This document shows positions 1-14,299 of a stretch of DNA of 64,000 nucleotides, piece by piece. The translations under genes and the position numbers were made by a program. Every line of letters starts with the position of its first letter. Position 1 is the first letter of the stretch. Origin of the DNA: Octopus sinensis (taxonomy: Eukaryota); contig NC_042999.1 in assembly GCF_006345805.1 (NCBI RefSeq), forward strand, positions 88,784,001-88,848,000, in the 5' to 3' direction. A model generated the notes under the pieces. That model saw nothing but the letters and a program-made list of their open reading frames with translations. It was not told the origin of the DNA and ran no database searches.

Positions 1-249
1 TCATAATACAGGCTTGTCCTTTACAGGTGCTGGTGCCACAGAGAAGCAGTCAGTACATTCTGTAAAGTGGTTGGTGTTAGGAAGGGCATCCAGGCATAGA
101 AACCAAGCCACAATAAACACTTGGTGTCTAGACAGCTCTCTGGCTGACCAGCTCCATGTCTATGCCAGCATGGAAAGTGGGCATTAATGATGATTATATA
201 TATATACACACATAGATACATATATTTATGCATATGTATATATGTAACT

Positions 250-750
250 ATAAGCCAAGTGAAATTATTGTTGTGACCATTGTCAGTGTCACATAACTGG
301 CACCCATGCTGGTATCACATAAAAAGCACCTTTTGAGCATTAGGCCTTATGGGGGCACTGTGGCCAATGCTGGTTTCACAGAACTAGCAACCATGTTGGT
401 AACACATAAAAAGAGCCTTTTGAGCATTGGGCTCAAGTCATGGAAGCAATGACAAGTGACCAAGCTTTTTGACAATATGTTGCACTTGAGAAGGAAGATC
501 CATCAAACCAAGTAAAATTGTAGTTCTGGGAGATACTGGTGACACGCAACTGGCACCCATGCTGGTAGCACATAAAAGCACCCATTACACTCTGGGCGTG
601 ATTGGTGTTAAGAAGGGCATCCAGCCATAGAAACCATGCTAAATCAGATTGGAATCTGGTACAGCCCCTCAGCTTACCAGACATTGTCAAACCGTCCAAC
701 TCATATCAGCATGGACAATGAACACTAAATGATGATGATGATGATGATGA
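250..750 (+). mobile_element. RTE-type LINE 3' UTR/tail fragment ending in (GAT)n. Shorter copies at ~20-195, 2580-2798, 28610-28680 and 36490-36638.
   Basis: Motifs GGCACATAAAAGCACC, GGTGTTAAGAAGGGCATCCAGCCATAGAAAC and CAGCATGGA..AAATGATGATG match the 3' UTR of the RTE ORF at 16337-17952; CpG-decayed. Confidence 0.75.
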
Positions 751-2760
751 ATATATATATATGTATGTATGTATATGTATATGTGTGTGTGTAATGTATT
801 ATATGCTTTGTAACTCTTTTTGCATGACATATTTTCTATTGCATGTATGGGCCCTTGAGGCCAATAAATAAAAGATTGTTATTGCTGATGTTGTTGTTAT
901 TTCCACTACTGTTAAACAGATGAGTATAACAAAATACAAACATCAAACATTATCAGTAAAGATTCATTTCAGATATACAGATCTTTAAAATTAACACAGC
1001 CTGCCAACATATAATCATTTGTTATTTGCTCTCATGCATTTCAGAAAATATTAAGTGGTCACTTGAGACCAGTCAAATTTATTTTTTGTATTGATTTACC
1101 AGTATAGATTAGGAAATAAATATCTTATCAATAAGAGACATGAAATCCATCTTCTACTCATCAGAAAAGAAAACCAAGCTGAAAAATTTGGTTACAAAAC
1201 TAAATCGTATTTATTCAGTGTAGTCTTATATGATTGAAAACATATTAAAAAAATCTCCAGCAAATTATAAAGTATATCCCCCAATAAAAGAAACATACAC
1301 AATGCAATCATCCACTTGTATATTTTAGTTGAGGTATTTTCTGTAGATGCTAGCGGACAATCATAGCCACGCATGCACAAATGTGTTTGCTCACCCATGT
1401 GTTAGCAGATTCATAGTTGAATAAACAGTACCGCTAGCAATGAACTAATTACACACTATTGATCAGTGAATTTGAGCAACTTGCTCATCAAACAACACAG
1501 CCAATCAATAGATGAGTTCTAGTTTGTCATTTTCTTCTCAATCTTTTTCTCCCTTTATCTAGCAAAATTATACAAATTGAAATAAAATAAAAATAATATT
1601 GAAGTATTTCAAATGAAATAAGCTTCAGGTTTCCAAACTTTAAGTAAATATTTCAGAAATTCAACTAAACTTTATTTCTTATTAGAATTTGTCTAATGTT
1701 AATCATTTGTGGTCAAATTAAATTTTCCCTGTATTTATTTTTCATATGTTGAATGGTTAGATTAATAAAAGAAAAATACCCTGTTTTATCGCAGAATGTT
1801 TCCCTGCCTATCTAACATCAATCATAATTATTAAATAGCGTTGGAACTTCTTTTCAGCAAGATAAATTGATCAGTTAAATGTATGTCTTCTATTTGTTGA
1901 CTTGTATATTTCAATCAATTTCAAATTGAACATCTAGAAATGCAGAAATTAAACAATGTGTATATAGAAACTAAAAAAATATTAATCAGTTTATATATGC
2001 TAGTAAGTTTTATCTAATGAATTTTCAATAAATCTATAAGAAAAATGGCTTAAACAATTATCATAAATTAATTTTTCAAGTTTCTCTAATTTAACAAATT
2101 TAAAGGAAAAAAGTGGGATTTAATAAAGTCTTCATATGTTAATTTCAACCCAGCAATATGTAAATCAGACTCAGTCTCAGATCATGTACAATATAAAAAT
2201 GATATTTTTGTTTATCAATAGTAAAGCTTTTATCAGTAAACAAAAAGCAGTTTGGTTATCTAGTTATTATCATGTGGCTCATTGTCAGCATTGCTGTCAT
2301 CGTCGTTATTGTCTTTATTATCAATATTATCATCAGCATTAACACCATTGTTTCTAAATGACAGCTTTTCAATACTCGCCTTGGTCAGATGAAATTTCCT
2401 GAAGCAGATTTTCAATGGTTGGTCACACGTCCAGAACTGTTTTCATGGTAGATTGTAAACAAATGACATTGCCTGTATGATGAAGATACTTCTTAACAAT
2501 AACCATTTGATATCATGGCAAAATCACACACACACACACACACATATGCATGCATCAGTAAAAATCGCGCCAAAACTAACCTCGCATGTGCTAGTGCCAT
2601 GTAAATAGCACTGAGACCCCTCTGCTGAATGGTTGGTGTTAGGAAGAGCATCCAGCCATAAAAACCATGCTAAAACAGACATAGTAGCTTAGGGTTTCCT
2701 ACCTGGCTGGCTCTTGTCAACTGTCCTGCCCATGCATGCATTGAAGACGAATGTTAAACA

Positions 2761-2833
<73 letters not shown>

Positions 2834-2839
2834 TATATT

Positions 2840-4028
2840 TTCTCAGATGAGTCATCTTTGAATTGTTTCCAAAGGAATTTTTGTCCATGCTTCAGCTAAA
2901 ACAGTCTCCAGTTCTTATAGTGATGATGATGGAGGATATCGACTCCTTACTTGTTTTTCTAAAATGCACCACAAATGTTCAATAGTATTGAGATCTAGGG
3001 ACTGCGGTGGCCAGATAAGATGTTCAACTTCACTAGAATGTTTCTCGTGCCATTAACTAACAACTTTAGCTGTGTGAATTGGAGCATTATCATCCTGGAA
3101 GATTGCTTTTCCGTCCAAAAGCAGTTCCACAACCATAGGATGAATTTTATCAGATAAAATGCTTAAATAGTCTTGACTGTTAATTCTACATAAAGGGAAA
3201 CCATTGGGCCAGCGGATTTCCAAGATATAGCCACCCCTAGATCATCACGGATCCTCCTCCAAGTTTAACAGTTGGAAGAAAGCAGTCTGGGTCAAATGCT
3301 TCTTTTGGATGTCTCCACACACATACTCGGCCGGTAGTCAGAAATAAAGTAAAGGATGACTCATCTGAGAAAATAACATTTTTCCACTATTCTAGGGAGC
3401 AATTCTGTAGATTTTTACTCCACCCTAAACAATTGGCAACGTTTGTTTTTGAAAGCAGTGGTTTTCTGATTACAGCTTTCCCATGAAATCCAGCTATCTG
3501 CAGCTCCCAGCAAACAGTTTTTGTGGAAACTGGGTTTTCGGGGTGGTCATTATGCTCTGCAATCATTTTGGGAATTGTTCTTTTCTGATGCTTCCTAACA
3601 ATTCATGTAAGAGTCCAACTGTCTCTATCTGAAAATTTTGGTTTTCTTCCAGAGTTTTCTTTCGATGAGGAGGTTTTTCCCTCTTTCTCAAAAGCTGTCA
3701 TTACTTTTGAGACAGTACTTCTTGATACACCAAACATTTTGGCTGTTTTCGTTATGCTAGCACTTGCCATATGAGCACCATATGCTAGCACTTGCCATAT
3801 GAGCATCAACAATTTGACCTCAATTCAGTAGATCTGTCATTTTAATGAATTTTAATTACTTTCTTCTGAGGATATCTGAAAAGAAACAGCAATTTTAACC
3901 AGACCTATTAAGCAACACCAATAATAAATCAAAAACATAAAAATAAACAAGCTTTTGATGGTTTTATAGATATTTCAAAATTATGATGCTATGATGCTAG
4001 GTGTTTCCATTATTTTGTCTAACCCCTG
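2840..4028 (-). mobile_element. Tc1-like DNA transposon relic (disrupted transposase)
   Basis: Minus-strand translation gives the HTH region RSTVSKVMTAFEKEG..SGRKPK, then IFQDDNAPIHTAK and WPPQSLDLNTIEHLW. Left TIR is TA|CAGGGGTTAGACAAAATAATGGAAAC at 4028; the right end is lost in (AT)n. Confidence 0.9.
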
Positions 4029-4037
4029 TATATATGA

Positions 4038-4185
4038 GAAGCTTCTTTCAGTTTCTGTTTATGAAATTCACTCACAAGCTATTGGTCAGTTTAAAGCTAT
4101 AGCAGAAGACATTTGCTCAAAGTGCCACACTGTGGGAATGAACCTGAAACCACATCAGTGCAAACTTCTTAATCACATAGCCGTG
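4038..4185 (-). mobile_element. tRNA-derived SINE fragment (CORE-like octopus family). Related copies at ~12390-12560(-), 16200-16335(+), 48548-48690(+) and 48821-48952(+).
   Basis: Shared B-box-like GGTTCA..CCCAC motif followed by GCAAGTGTCTTCT.CTATAGC and GCCTTGTGAGTGAATTT..TAGA.GGAAAC in all copies. Confidence 0.65.
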
Positions 4186-4886
4186 ATTTAGATTGAATTT
4201 TTAAAAAATTTGAAGTAATGTGGAATAGAATATAACATAGAGTGTCAAAAGAGTTTCTCAGATATGCACTCAAATAAGCTACTTTATGTTATTCTTAGTC
4301 AATCTACTTAAAAACTGGTCGAAACACAGGCAGCATCTCAGAAGTTAACATAGCCATAAGCTCATTTGCAACAAAACAAAGCTTGTGTATCATCACAAGG
4401 TCGTTTAGCACAATGGAAACTAGAAATAATCAGTCTGTATCACTTAGGCCAGGAAAAGAATTTAACTCAATATTTCCACTTAATAGAAAAATTACTTGTG
4501 TTATGTCTGATTGATTGAGACATCTTTTACTTACATTACCTTCTTCATATTCCAGTAGAAAATAACAAAATACTTTGTTATTATCTTATGCCATATAACT
4601 GCAATTAAAAAAGACATCAAATATGAATTAATAGAATAGCTTGGAATGTTGCAAAATTAAATTCAAAGACAAAGTTTTTGGCAGTGTGACTGCAATATTA
4701 ATAAAAATATTGATGGAAATGAAATTAATAACAAGAGAAATAGCATTAAAATAATTATAAAGAACAACAAAAACTCTTTACCATATAGCAAATTGAATGT
4801 AACACAGATACCTTGTAATTCCTCAAGAAACACTACTATACAGACATCAAGAATATAAAGTTTAGCTTGTGGTTCATAAAAAATAA

Positions 4887-5284
4887 TCTTTATATATAAA
4901 AGTGAAGTTGTGTGTCTGTCTCCTACAATTTAGATTCCTAACTACTCCCACATTTTGCGATACAGTTTAACCAAAACCGGATAACTTATAGTCATGATTC
5001 ATATCAAGCTCTTCTGGGTATTAGCGTGCATCTACAATGAGTCTACGATTTAAAAAAAAAATTTACCATCATTTTTTTCCATTTTAATGCATTTTTTCGC
5101 TATTATATAAGGGAAGTAACTCTCTAAAAATGTCTACGATGAGTCAACGATTTTAAAAAAAATTTACCATCATTTTTTTTCCATTTTTAATGCATTTTTT
5201 GCTATTTTTTGGCTATAACTCTCTAAAAATGCTTATATAGTTATTTCCCTTACAAACCCGAGCAACGCCGGGCGATACTGCTAG
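4887..5284 (+). mobile_element. Non-autonomous Helitron, 398 bp
   Basis: Starts with TC after A and ends CTAG before T, with subterminal CCCGAGCAACGCCGGG hairpin and no TSD. Same family and length as 41065-41462. Confidence 0.9.
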
Positions 5285-5429
5285 TTGTATATAATATAAC
5301 TTAAGTAATATTAATAATGATAGTAATAAGGATAGTAATACTTTCTTTGAACCATTTGTGAAAACCACTTATCACTGCTGACATGAGGAAGAGGATAAAT
5401 GTGAGAGTTCCACTGGGCAACTGGTTTAT

Positions 5430-6830
5430 GGGGTTATCCAAAAGAAAAATGGTTTGAACAATTATCATAAATTAATCTTTTAGGTCTCTCAAATTTAACG
5501 AATTTAAAAATAAAAGGATCTACCAAAAGGTCTCTTGCAGCATTACATAGGCCACTTTCACTTTGAAAACTCCCCACATCATATTGGAATTTGAATAGAA
5601 AATATTTGTAGACTACAGATGTCATTCTCACCAGAGTTGTTTCCAGTTACCATCTTTAGTGCATACTCAAAACCTAGTGTTCATATTTCTTAGTCATTTT
5701 GTAGTCTATATTCACTCAGCCCAGCATCCACATTTGAGACAAAGGCATATTTCAGGAGTATTCTTGTGTATTAATGTTGCAGTTGTTGTTATTGTTGTTG
5801 CTTTTTTTTTTTAAGCTGATGACATTGTGTCTGTGATTTGATAATTCTTGTTGCTGCTGGTTGGCTGGTATGCATTCTATTTTGCAGCCCATTGACATTT
5901 CTGCATTTTGTAGTAAGATAAATACCAAAGGCTGTTTTTCCTCTTCACAAGTTCAGTTTGCTATTATCCAGCAATTTTTCCTTTTATCATTTGATGAGCA
6001 TCTGAAGGAGACTACGTAATTAGACAAAAATGAAAAAAAAATACCTGATTGATGCTTGTGTGTGTACATGTGTTATCTGTGTTGGCGTTGGTATTGTTAT
6101 TTGGAAAACTGCATTCTGCTGCTGACGTATGCATAAACACTCTGCTTCAGTACCTTGGCATAGATTTGGGTACCTGTTACTGTTGCAGTTTCAGTATTGC
6201 CACTGTTTCTTTTTTCTGTGTGTTGCAACTTCCGTTATTACTGTTACTGCTTCTGTGTAGTTGTGTTGTAGCTTATTACTGTTGCTGTTGTTAAACTGCA
6301 GTTGTAGCTGAATTGTTGGCAGCAGTGCAGTTCAATGTTCACTTGGTCTCTGTGATACACAGGGCCTTCAGACATTTGGTAGTAACACATGCGGGGCACT
6401 TGGTCATCTATTATCTACTATAACATGTAGTTCATTTCCATTTCAAGGACTATTTGGTCAGGGATCTTGTCCAAGTTTCTAGTTGTACCTGGATTAAGAA
6501 ACCCAATGTCAATTCCAGACCATTTTTCTTTTTCACACCCATAATTGTATTCTTTTTCTCTAGAACACAATCCACCAGATATTCAATCTCATCAGTCTAT
6601 TCAAAACCTTCACCTTCATCACTTTCTAACCCAAATATTTTGGAATGAGGCTGAAATCTTCAATATAGATGAAAGACTTCCACTTTCTCCTTTCACCTAG
6701 CATTGAACCTTTTTCCTTTCTTTACCATTGTGAGAGTGACCCTTTATACTTATGTATATTACCATTTACTTAATTGTTTCCCCTAAGAAATGTGGGCTCT
6801 GACTTATGCAGACATATTTGATGTCTTTCT
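5430..6830 (-). pseudogene. Decayed ORF1/gag-like retroposon protein related to the ORF at 51886
   Basis: Frameshifted translation WSGIDIGFLNPGTTRNLDKIPDQIVL..GNELHVIVDNR aligns with WRGYGVELWLMATKEDIERFPYRIEIEEEKTLSVIVEGR. A low-complexity linker and a weakly similar C-terminal segment follow. Confidence 0.55.
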
Positions 6831-6844
6831 TCTAAGCAAACATT

Positions 6845-9650
6845 TTGACCATTCTTGGGTCTAACCATTTCTCATCTAGAGGGTGCAGCCTTTATAGTGT
6901 TCTTATTGTTGGTACTGTTCATACCATTCACACCCATGCATCCAGCTCTTCCTTACTCAATCTTCTCCAAAAAGGTGCACCCAAAGACAACTATCAGCAT
7001 ATTTTTGTGTTGGCTAAGGCAACAAAACTTCAATATCCCCTTAGTATTACCATTTCAAACTGTTATAAATTACTGGCATAATTTTCACTAAAAGCCTATC
7101 ATCCAAGTGTTTTTGGAAGGTCTATTAAATCCACTTCATTCAGTACCTCCCAATCCTTTTTTTATAAGTCAGAGTTATCAGCATTCCAATAGTGACCATA
7201 TTGTTCTGCCTCATCTCTGTAAAATCTATGACACTGTCCTGTGGAAAGGACTCTGCTTCATTCATTTAAGCTGCCTTCTGTTGAAGGTTATCGTTTTTTG
7301 GGATGGATTTTCTCCCATATTTTGTCTTTTGCACCTTTTCTGACAATTTGGAAATCTTTCTTCGTTTCCATATCCTCTGCCTCATTACAAGACATGCCGC
7401 TGGTTATGACAGGAAGAAGGGCTGTGTGGTCAGTAGATTCTGAGACCAGGAACAAGGTGTATTCCTTCACCATCTTCAGAACTGTGAACTATGTTGCTCT
7501 AGACACTCGCACCTGTGGTTGGTGTCTCTACTATCATCCACCCAGTTTCTCTTCACCTTTTTCAGTTCTTCCAAGCAAAAGGTCTTCATGTGAGAACCTT
7601 TTTTTCCTGAAGAAGTGCTGCAATTAGTTTCCGCAAGTCTAGCAGCCAGTTTTTGTTCCTGCGCCATGAACCAAGCCAATTCCCTTTGTTTTTGTGCCTA
7701 TGATAGAGCCTGACTCAAATATGACCCTCCAGTTTTAGGAGCTGCTAAGATTTATATGTTTATTCTGTCTCCTCCTCACTCTGTATCATGCTTTACATTT
7801 CTGTACTAACCAGGTGTTTTCTTTTTTAAACAAAAAATGATAACAAGCCTGAGGTTAGTATTGTTGCTGATATTCCTAACCAATATATTCATATTCCTCT
7901 GTCCCTAATAGTGGGTGACAAGTATAGAGGTGTACCATGCCTATTTCTAGGATACACTTTTTATCCTAAAAACTAATACAAACCCACCCATAGTTCCTAA
8001 AATGATCAATTGAGAGAATTTTTGCCATTATTCCAATAGTTGCTTTGAAGTTAATTGGAATCCTCTGCTTTTTATTAACAGACATGGATAGACAATTGTG
8101 CATTGTACCTGCTGCTGAATATATTCTTTGGGCAAAGATATGTAACTTGGTCTTCCCATGTGGCATTGTTTTCCCAAATAGACTTGACATGTGGGTAAAA
8201 CTTATCCCATCCTGAAAGACATTAATACATTTATATGACAGACCACATTATTAAAAATACTCTTTACATAGTAGACCATATCATTTAAAATACTGTTTTG
8301 ATGGGGTTTAGGCATTTTGTGTTTCTCCCTTGACATATCTTTATGGGACAGAATGTTCTGTTCACGTGAGGCAGCAGGAGTGGCATGTCAAATTATTTTG
8401 CTTATTTTGTTTTAAGAAGTCATGTTTATATAAATAGATAAATAAATAAAAAATAACAAAAAATAGTATCAAGACAAACATAAAAAAATGACAAACTTCT
8501 AAAGTTTGCCACAAGTTATGGAAGATCCCATACCATTTTTAAGACTCTTTACTTGTAAAACCATCAAAAATTTTGAAAATAATCCTTTCATTTACACCTG
8601 ATAAAATCCTAAATTATCAAAATATCATATAAATATCTTGTTTCCCCATGGTTTTCATTTCCTGTAACACAAGGGTCCACACTCTCATATAAAAGGTATT
8701 ACAATGAAGCAATCAAAGGGATGCTTTTTCCAATAATCTTTTCTAATTTACTCCTTATCCGTCTTTCTCTCTCACTCCCCTTCTCCCACCAGTCACTCTC
8801 TAGTTTTTTCCTGTAATCATTTATTTTCTAAATGCTATTGTTTTAGCTTTTTTCAGCATTTTCAAAGTCCTTCATCACTGATTGTTGACCCTGCCCTTGT
8901 CAATACCCTGTAATTCACTAAACCAATCACTGTGTGTTGAGAAAGATATGTCCAATTTCCCGTAACTAGTCCTCTGTCTATATATCCTCTCTAGATCAAA
9001 TCATGCAGATTACAAGTCTGTGGTCTGTGTTATCTACTGGCAGAAAATGCAAACATTCTACATTATTTTGATCTATTGACCTTATGCATTTGTTCCATGT
9101 ACAAACTGAAGTATTCAGAATATCCAGTTGGTGTTTGTCAAACAGTAAGAAACTGTGAGTAGCTTTGGGAGATTTTTACAACTCTCTCACTTATTGCATA
9201 CTTCTACACAATCAAAGCATGTATCTGATAAGCCATTTTAGTCTCCACTAGTACTAAAGAGCAAAATGTTCTGAAAACATTTATAAATGCCAGAATAAAT
9301 CCAGCCACTCTACTCTAGTTGGGAAATAAACAACCTCTAGTCTAAAAATACTACCTTCATAACACATCCAGGATCACCAACTTATAGTCTAGGAAGATCA
9401 TTTGTATCTTAAGATCCAGTTTTTACCAGGAATAACACTGGCCAATCTAACACCTGATTCCAGAAAACCATAGAATCTATATATCTCATTGTTTGGATGT
9501 ATATGCTATGGCAATCATGATTCTGCTGATGGTTGATGTATCCATGTCTACTGACTTGAGGTTCATTGAACAAGCCACCTTGCTTCCAAGCTCTGAGTAT
9601 GAGGATATTAATCAGAAAGAGATTGGGGTAACTTATTTTGGTCTTGGAAA
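6845..9650 (-). mobile_element. Highly degenerate L1/Tx1-like LINE ORF2 (endonuclease to C-terminus)
   Basis: Minus-strand fragments resemble APE endonuclease (..NTDHRLVIC near 9030; SLVLV..G(D) near 9250) with RT/C-terminal remnants downstream; many stops and frameshifts. Confidence 0.5.
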
Positions 9651-10544
9651 AGCCTGCTAATCTGGTCTTTTCAGTGAGCAAAGGTTCCTTGGAAGGTCCT
9701 TTCAGAATGTTCTTGTCTACAAGTATTTTTAAGTGATCTACAGTCAGAATTGAACTTAACATTCAGTGTATCTTGAGCTTGAGTTTACATTCTATTTGTA
9801 TTTTTTAGATCCTTTTTCCATCTAAGCTTCAACACTATGTTGTTACCATTTGCAAAAGTGATGTTGATGAGGTGCAGTTCTTGTGAGTTTAAGTACTGAT
9901 GTTGTTTTTGTTGTTTCTCTTGTTTTTTTTGCTGCAATTGTTGTGATTCTGGATTTTCTTGCTGCTTGTTTCACTTGTTGATGTGGTTGTAGGTTTGGTT
10001 CCTGTTGTAACAGTACTCTTTAGTTTAGTTGTTGATAGTGCCAGGCTTTTTAATGGGCTTTCTATTGCTTTGCTGATCTTTCAAGGGTTTGAGATTGCCT
10101 CTTTGATTATATTTCCATTTCCCTGTTTCTCAGAACAACAATGACAAATGTTGATGGGCTTGTTTTAAGCTTTTCACATGACAAGATCTTGAAGTCAGAG
10201 AAGCTTGAAGTTCCATTTCCCTGTTCCCCTGAACAACAAAGATAAATACTGATGGTCTTGTTTTAAGCTTTTCACATGACAAGGTTTTGGGTCAGAGAAG
10301 CTTGAAGTAAAGAGAAGAGGTATAAATGAATATGTGAATGTGTATTTGTGCTTTGTTGACCTTACAAGAAAGGAGACAAGGAGTTTCTTTTTTACTGTAA
10401 CAGTATCAGTGAAATTATTTTTCCGGGCTGTGGTATTGATCTCTGCTATTACAAGGAAAAAATAATGTCTCCTGATTAAATAATCAGTCCCAACAGGCAA
10501 TAATATATCTTTGAAAGGAATGTAGAAATTATCCAAATACAATT

Positions 10545-10860
10545 ATCTGGTAAGAGACAACTAGAATATAGGGACTGGAAAGAGAAACAGTCCCTATAAT
10601 AACAGGTGTCTTAACAATGATTAAAGAAATGCAAGCAAATACAAAACTAAAACCCCAGGACTTAAAAATATACATAATATCTAGATAATAGCACTACTAG
10701 GTGCTGCACATCTATATCTATTGTGTAGAGTACTTTCAATATAATAGAAATTGCAAAATCAAAACAAAACACTCTGTATACACAAGACACACAGAGCTGT
10801 GCTTAATACTACAGTGAAAGCCTGCAATTAAAATAAGACTACAGAAAAATATTAATAATA
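10545..10860 (+). mobile_element. R4/Dong-like LINE extreme 3' fragment
   Basis: Resembles the 3' end of the R4-type copy at 31560-31900 (..PIITG..IALLGAAH..), ending in TAATAA. Confidence 0.5.
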
Positions 10861-12024
10861 CATTGCTGGTTTAATAACAATGCTATTGATACAGAGCAAC
10901 ATTGTGGAATAAGACTTCTTCATACAAATGAATTGTCTGACAGATGAATGCTAATAAGTTTTACAATGATTTTATTTAGTACAGTTATATTCATTATTTA
11001 TTTACACAGAAATAACAAAAATGAGTATGAAAACAGCATTTCAGGTAAACATAAAAGTATGAATGTTAAGTTCAATTCTGACTGCAGACCAATTAAAAAT
11101 ATTAGAAGTAACCTTTCTCTCTAAAATGCAGCAAAGAGTAAATGTTAATTCAGTCTCGCAGACTGTGTAAATCCTACCAATCTTATCCTTGAAAAGAAAG
11201 TGAAATGACATAAAGAACATGGTTGTATGTATTTGTGGTTGATGTTTTTGTTTTTGTTTTTGTTTTTTCTTCCTTGCCAGAAGATTTACACAACAAATTT
11301 GGTTTCTTTAAGACATAAAAAATCAATTTAATTTTGTGGTCAACAGTAATAAGTTTGTGAAGAAATGTGAAGTGATCATAACATGTTCACGCTTTGCTTA
11401 TAGTTATAACTAGATAACATCAGCAGACCAAACAATATCAAGATGAAATCTAATTTAAAGTGAATCTGAAACTTGATGCTACAATATCTGCAAGCTATAA
11501 TCAATAAAGTTGTTGCAGTGATTTAGTCAGTAAAAACATTGAATCATTTCATCAATGATTTTAATGTTGCTTTGTTGCTCTAAATGGAGCCATAACTACT
11601 GATAAGAAGAAACAGAAGGAATAGAAAGTACTTGCAGTATTACAGGAGTATAGCAATAATAATAACAACAACAACAACTGATAGGAAACAACATTTATAT
11701 TACAGTTGGGGACAAGGAATCAACAAAGAAACTCCTACATGATAATTTGACTTGCTAGGAGTAGCAGCAAAAATCTCCTTATCTTACCATTTCTATCTTA
11801 AACAAAAGAAGGACATATTGAATCTTTTAGTCCAAGAAGCATTGTGTCTAAGTAAAAGATAGAATTGTTATGGCTGAAAACACTTTGATCATAAGTGTGC
11901 TCGATCATGGTTAACCTGGTGTTAAACCACAAAACAAGAAAGCACAAACATGCACGCACACACACACACACTAACATGCACATCTATATATATATCCCAT
12001 GTCAGCATGGAACATTGACAATGA

Positions 12025-12061
<37 letters not shown>

Positions 12062-12156
12062 GGAGGAGGAGGAGGAGGAGGAGGAGGATAGTGATGATGA
12101 TGATGACGATGATGACGACGACGACAATGACGATGATGGTGACGATGATGATGATG
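12025..12156. repeat. Compound (GAT)n(GAG)n(GAC)n microsatellite at a retroposon tail
   Basis: Direct reading; preceded by the RTE-tail motif CCCATGTCAGCATGG. Confidence 0.9.
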
Positions 12157-12879
12157 CTATATCATCATAATTTAATGTCCTCTTTTCCATGCTTTCAAGT
12201 GTCAGACAAAGTTGATTAAAGCAGATTTTCTATGCCCAGATGCCCTTTCTGTTATCAACCCTCGCCTGTTTCCAAGCAAGGTAATATTTTCATCCTGACA
12301 TGTTTTTGCAGACTATTGGAAATGAATGACACTGCTATGATAGTAACACTCTTTGGAATCTATTTGAACATATTTATGTATACAAAATAGAGTTCTTTCA
12401 GTTCCCATCTACCAACTCCACTTACAAGCTCATAGCTATATAGTTGACTCATAGCTATAGTAGAAAACACTTGCCCAAGGTCCCACACAGTGGGAATGAA
12501 CCCCAAACCATGTAGTTGGGATTCAAATTTCTTAAACAAACTACTACTCCTGTGCCTATAGAGGTATTTGTTGAAAGTGAGTAAGTAGTGCTTCGGACAT
12601 TGGTCATGAACTCAACAAAATGGCTGTACTAAAATTTGAGTCTAACCTCACAAGCATTGCAGCCTCTTCAATGATATAATCTCACTAATAATGGGAACAT
12701 TGACCTTCCTGCTACACATCTACAGATGGCTGAAAGTAGAAGGACCCAAGTCCTGTAATATTTACAACAGACATTAACAGATTACCACTACATCTATGAC
12801 CTTACTTTCAGGTGGAATTAGACAAAGACTTGACCAAAAGGACAATGATGATTCTGATTTTCAATATTTTATACGTTAA

Positions 12880-13094
12880 GGTGGTGAGCTGACAGAAACG
12901 TTAGCACACTGGGCGAAATGCTTAGCCATATTTCGTCTGTGTTTACGTTCTGAGTTCAAATTCTGCTGAGGTTGACTTTGCCTTTCATTCTTTCAAGGTC
13001 CAAAATTAAGTACCAGTTGCATATTGGACTCGATCTAATCAACTGTACCCCCCTCCCCAAAAATGTTGGGCCTTGTGCCTAGAATAGAAAAGAA
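12880..13094 (+). mobile_element. tRNA-derived SINE with conserved central domain (Meta/MESC-like, tentative). Other copies at ~16005-16190(+), 19800-20160(-) and 37110-37310(-).
   Basis: GGTGGTGAGCTGACAGAA..GTTAGC head, GAGTTCAAAT B-box, TTGCCTTTCAT..AAGTACCAG body; a CpG-decayed version of 48298-48521. Confidence 0.75.
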
Positions 13095-13507
13095 TATCTT
13101 ATCCATTCCGTCATCTAGCATCTGTGATAATTTGTGAATGACACTAGATAATGGAGCATATAACCATGGATAGAATAACAGATGTATAATTAAAGACAAT
13201 ATAACAAATATTCACAAACAAATGATACTATAAATGCATTGTAACAGATAATATTTGTTCATTTGCTCAGTTGTTTTAACATCCATTTTTCCCATGCTAG
13301 CATGGGTTTTGCTAGGGATTTATTTTGTGGCAGAATTTGATGGCCAGGGGCATTTCCAGCTACAAACCTTTGCCTGTTTTTAAGCCAGGTACTTTTTATT
13401 CCAGAGATTTTCAAAAGCACAGAACAACAGAGCTTAATGTCAACATCACCACTAGTTTGCTCAAGCCATGACATTGTGGAGTATCCACATTTACATAAAC
13501 TGACATG

Positions 13508-13538
<31 letters not shown>

Positions 13539-13619
13539 ATACATATATACACATTTATACAGACATACATATTTATATGTGTGTGTGTGTGTGCATACAT
13601 ATATATGATAATATATAAT

Positions 13620-14145
13620 CATCATCATCATCGTTTAACGTCCGCTTTCCATGCTAGCATGGGTTGGACTGTTCAACTGGGGTCTGGAAAGCCAGGAGGT
13701 TGCACCAGGCCCAGTCTGATATGGTAGTGTTTTTACAGTTGGATGCCCTTCCTAACGCCAATGAGTGTAGTGGGTGCTTTTTACATGCCACCGGCATGGA
13801 GGCCAGTCTGGGGGACGCAGGCAACAGCCATGTTCGGATGGTTCTTTTACATGCTACTGGCACTGGTATCACAACTACAATTTCCATTGATTTTTTATCT
13901 ATTTCGATTTCACTTGCCTCAACAGGTCTTCGCAAGCAGAGTTTTGTGTCCCAAGAAGTAAAGGTATGCATAAGTGGACTGGCTACATACCAGGTAGAGG
14001 CCACGGGTTATGGTCTCACTTGTCCTGCTGAGTCTTCTCACGCACAGCATACTTCCAAAGGTCTCGGTCACTAGTCACTGCCTCGATGAAACCTAATGTT
14101 CTAAGGTCGTGCTTCACTACCTCGTCCCAGGTTTTTCCTGGGTCT
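13620..14145 (-). mobile_element. RTE LINE 3' fragment (ORF end plus 3' UTR with two ~60-bp units and (GAT)n tail)
   Basis: Translation PGKTWDEVVKHDLRTLG..SDRDLWKYAVREKT; UTR homologous to 16337-17200. Confidence 0.85.
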
Positions 14146-14299
14146 ATATATAGTATGTCACCTAAGAAAATGGAATGTTTATGTGACAGTGTGAATTTAC
14201 ACCATGCAGTGAGACCAAGCTTGAAACCCATAATTTTTAAAGTGCATTTCATAAACAAACGGCCTTTTCTGCTCTTAGATTTCTTGCAAACAACTTGCA

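Noticed and set aside
10112-10308. ~98-bp tandem duplication
   Set aside because: Real, but appears to be a local duplication in a decayed LINE ORF1 region with no further structure.
11895-12219. Acidic, poly-Ser or poly-Met ORFs (also 40575-41041, 43055-43489, 55432-57282)
   Set aside because: Translations of micro- and minisatellites with no splice or domain support.
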